A stretch of DNA of 64,000 nt, from the IMG/VR virus record IMGVR_UViG_3300028826_000074; one strand, 5' to 3'. The DNA is from a virus. Under the pieces are notes generated by a model. That model saw only the letters and a program-made list of their open reading frames with translations. It did not search any database and was not told the origin of the DNA. The position numbers and the translations under genes are program-made. Positions 64,000 to 64,000 of this stretch are shown here, piece after piece; positions within the stretch are counted from its first letter, which is position 1, and every line of letters starts with the position of its first letter.

Positions 64000-64000
64000 C

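Noticed and set aside
1-64000. Alternative genetic code, diversity-generating retroelement, integrase/att site
   Set aside because: Hallmark genes are full length in code 11; no reverse transcriptase or TR/VR pair; no recombinase motif found in the window

Overview
The window is entirely bacteriophage DNA and appears to hold two different tailed-phage genomes end to end. I found no host genes, integrase, tRNA, rRNA or CRISPR array. Phage A (about 1 to 31.5-34.6 kb) has a leftward late block: sigma factor, amidase lysis cassette, terS, terL, two GroES-like genes, portal, scaffold and major capsid, running off position 1. It also has a 1.1 kb repeat-rich divergent control region, a rightward early region of small ORFs, a Tad1-like anti-defence gene, a primase-helicase and a Pif1-like helicase. 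Phage B (about 34.7 to 64 kb, almost all minus strand) is siphovirus-like: replication initiator with internal iterons, Dam methylase, NlpC/P60 lysis cassette, terS, terL, HK97-type portal, protease and capsid, a MuF-metallopeptidase fusion, and a tail module with a -1 frameshift chaperone. The standout observation is four twister-type self-cleaving ribozymes between the first early genes of phage A (17035, 17445, 17833, 18721). They show compensatory changes in P4 and in a pseudoknot. In each copy the 3' strand of P1 is the Shine-Dalgarno sequence of the next gene, and a separate hairpin lies just upstream, at the previous stop codon in copies 2-4. This suggests ribozyme-driven processing, and possibly translational activation or circularisation, of the early mRNA. 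All family calls come from motif recognition by eye; no database search was run.
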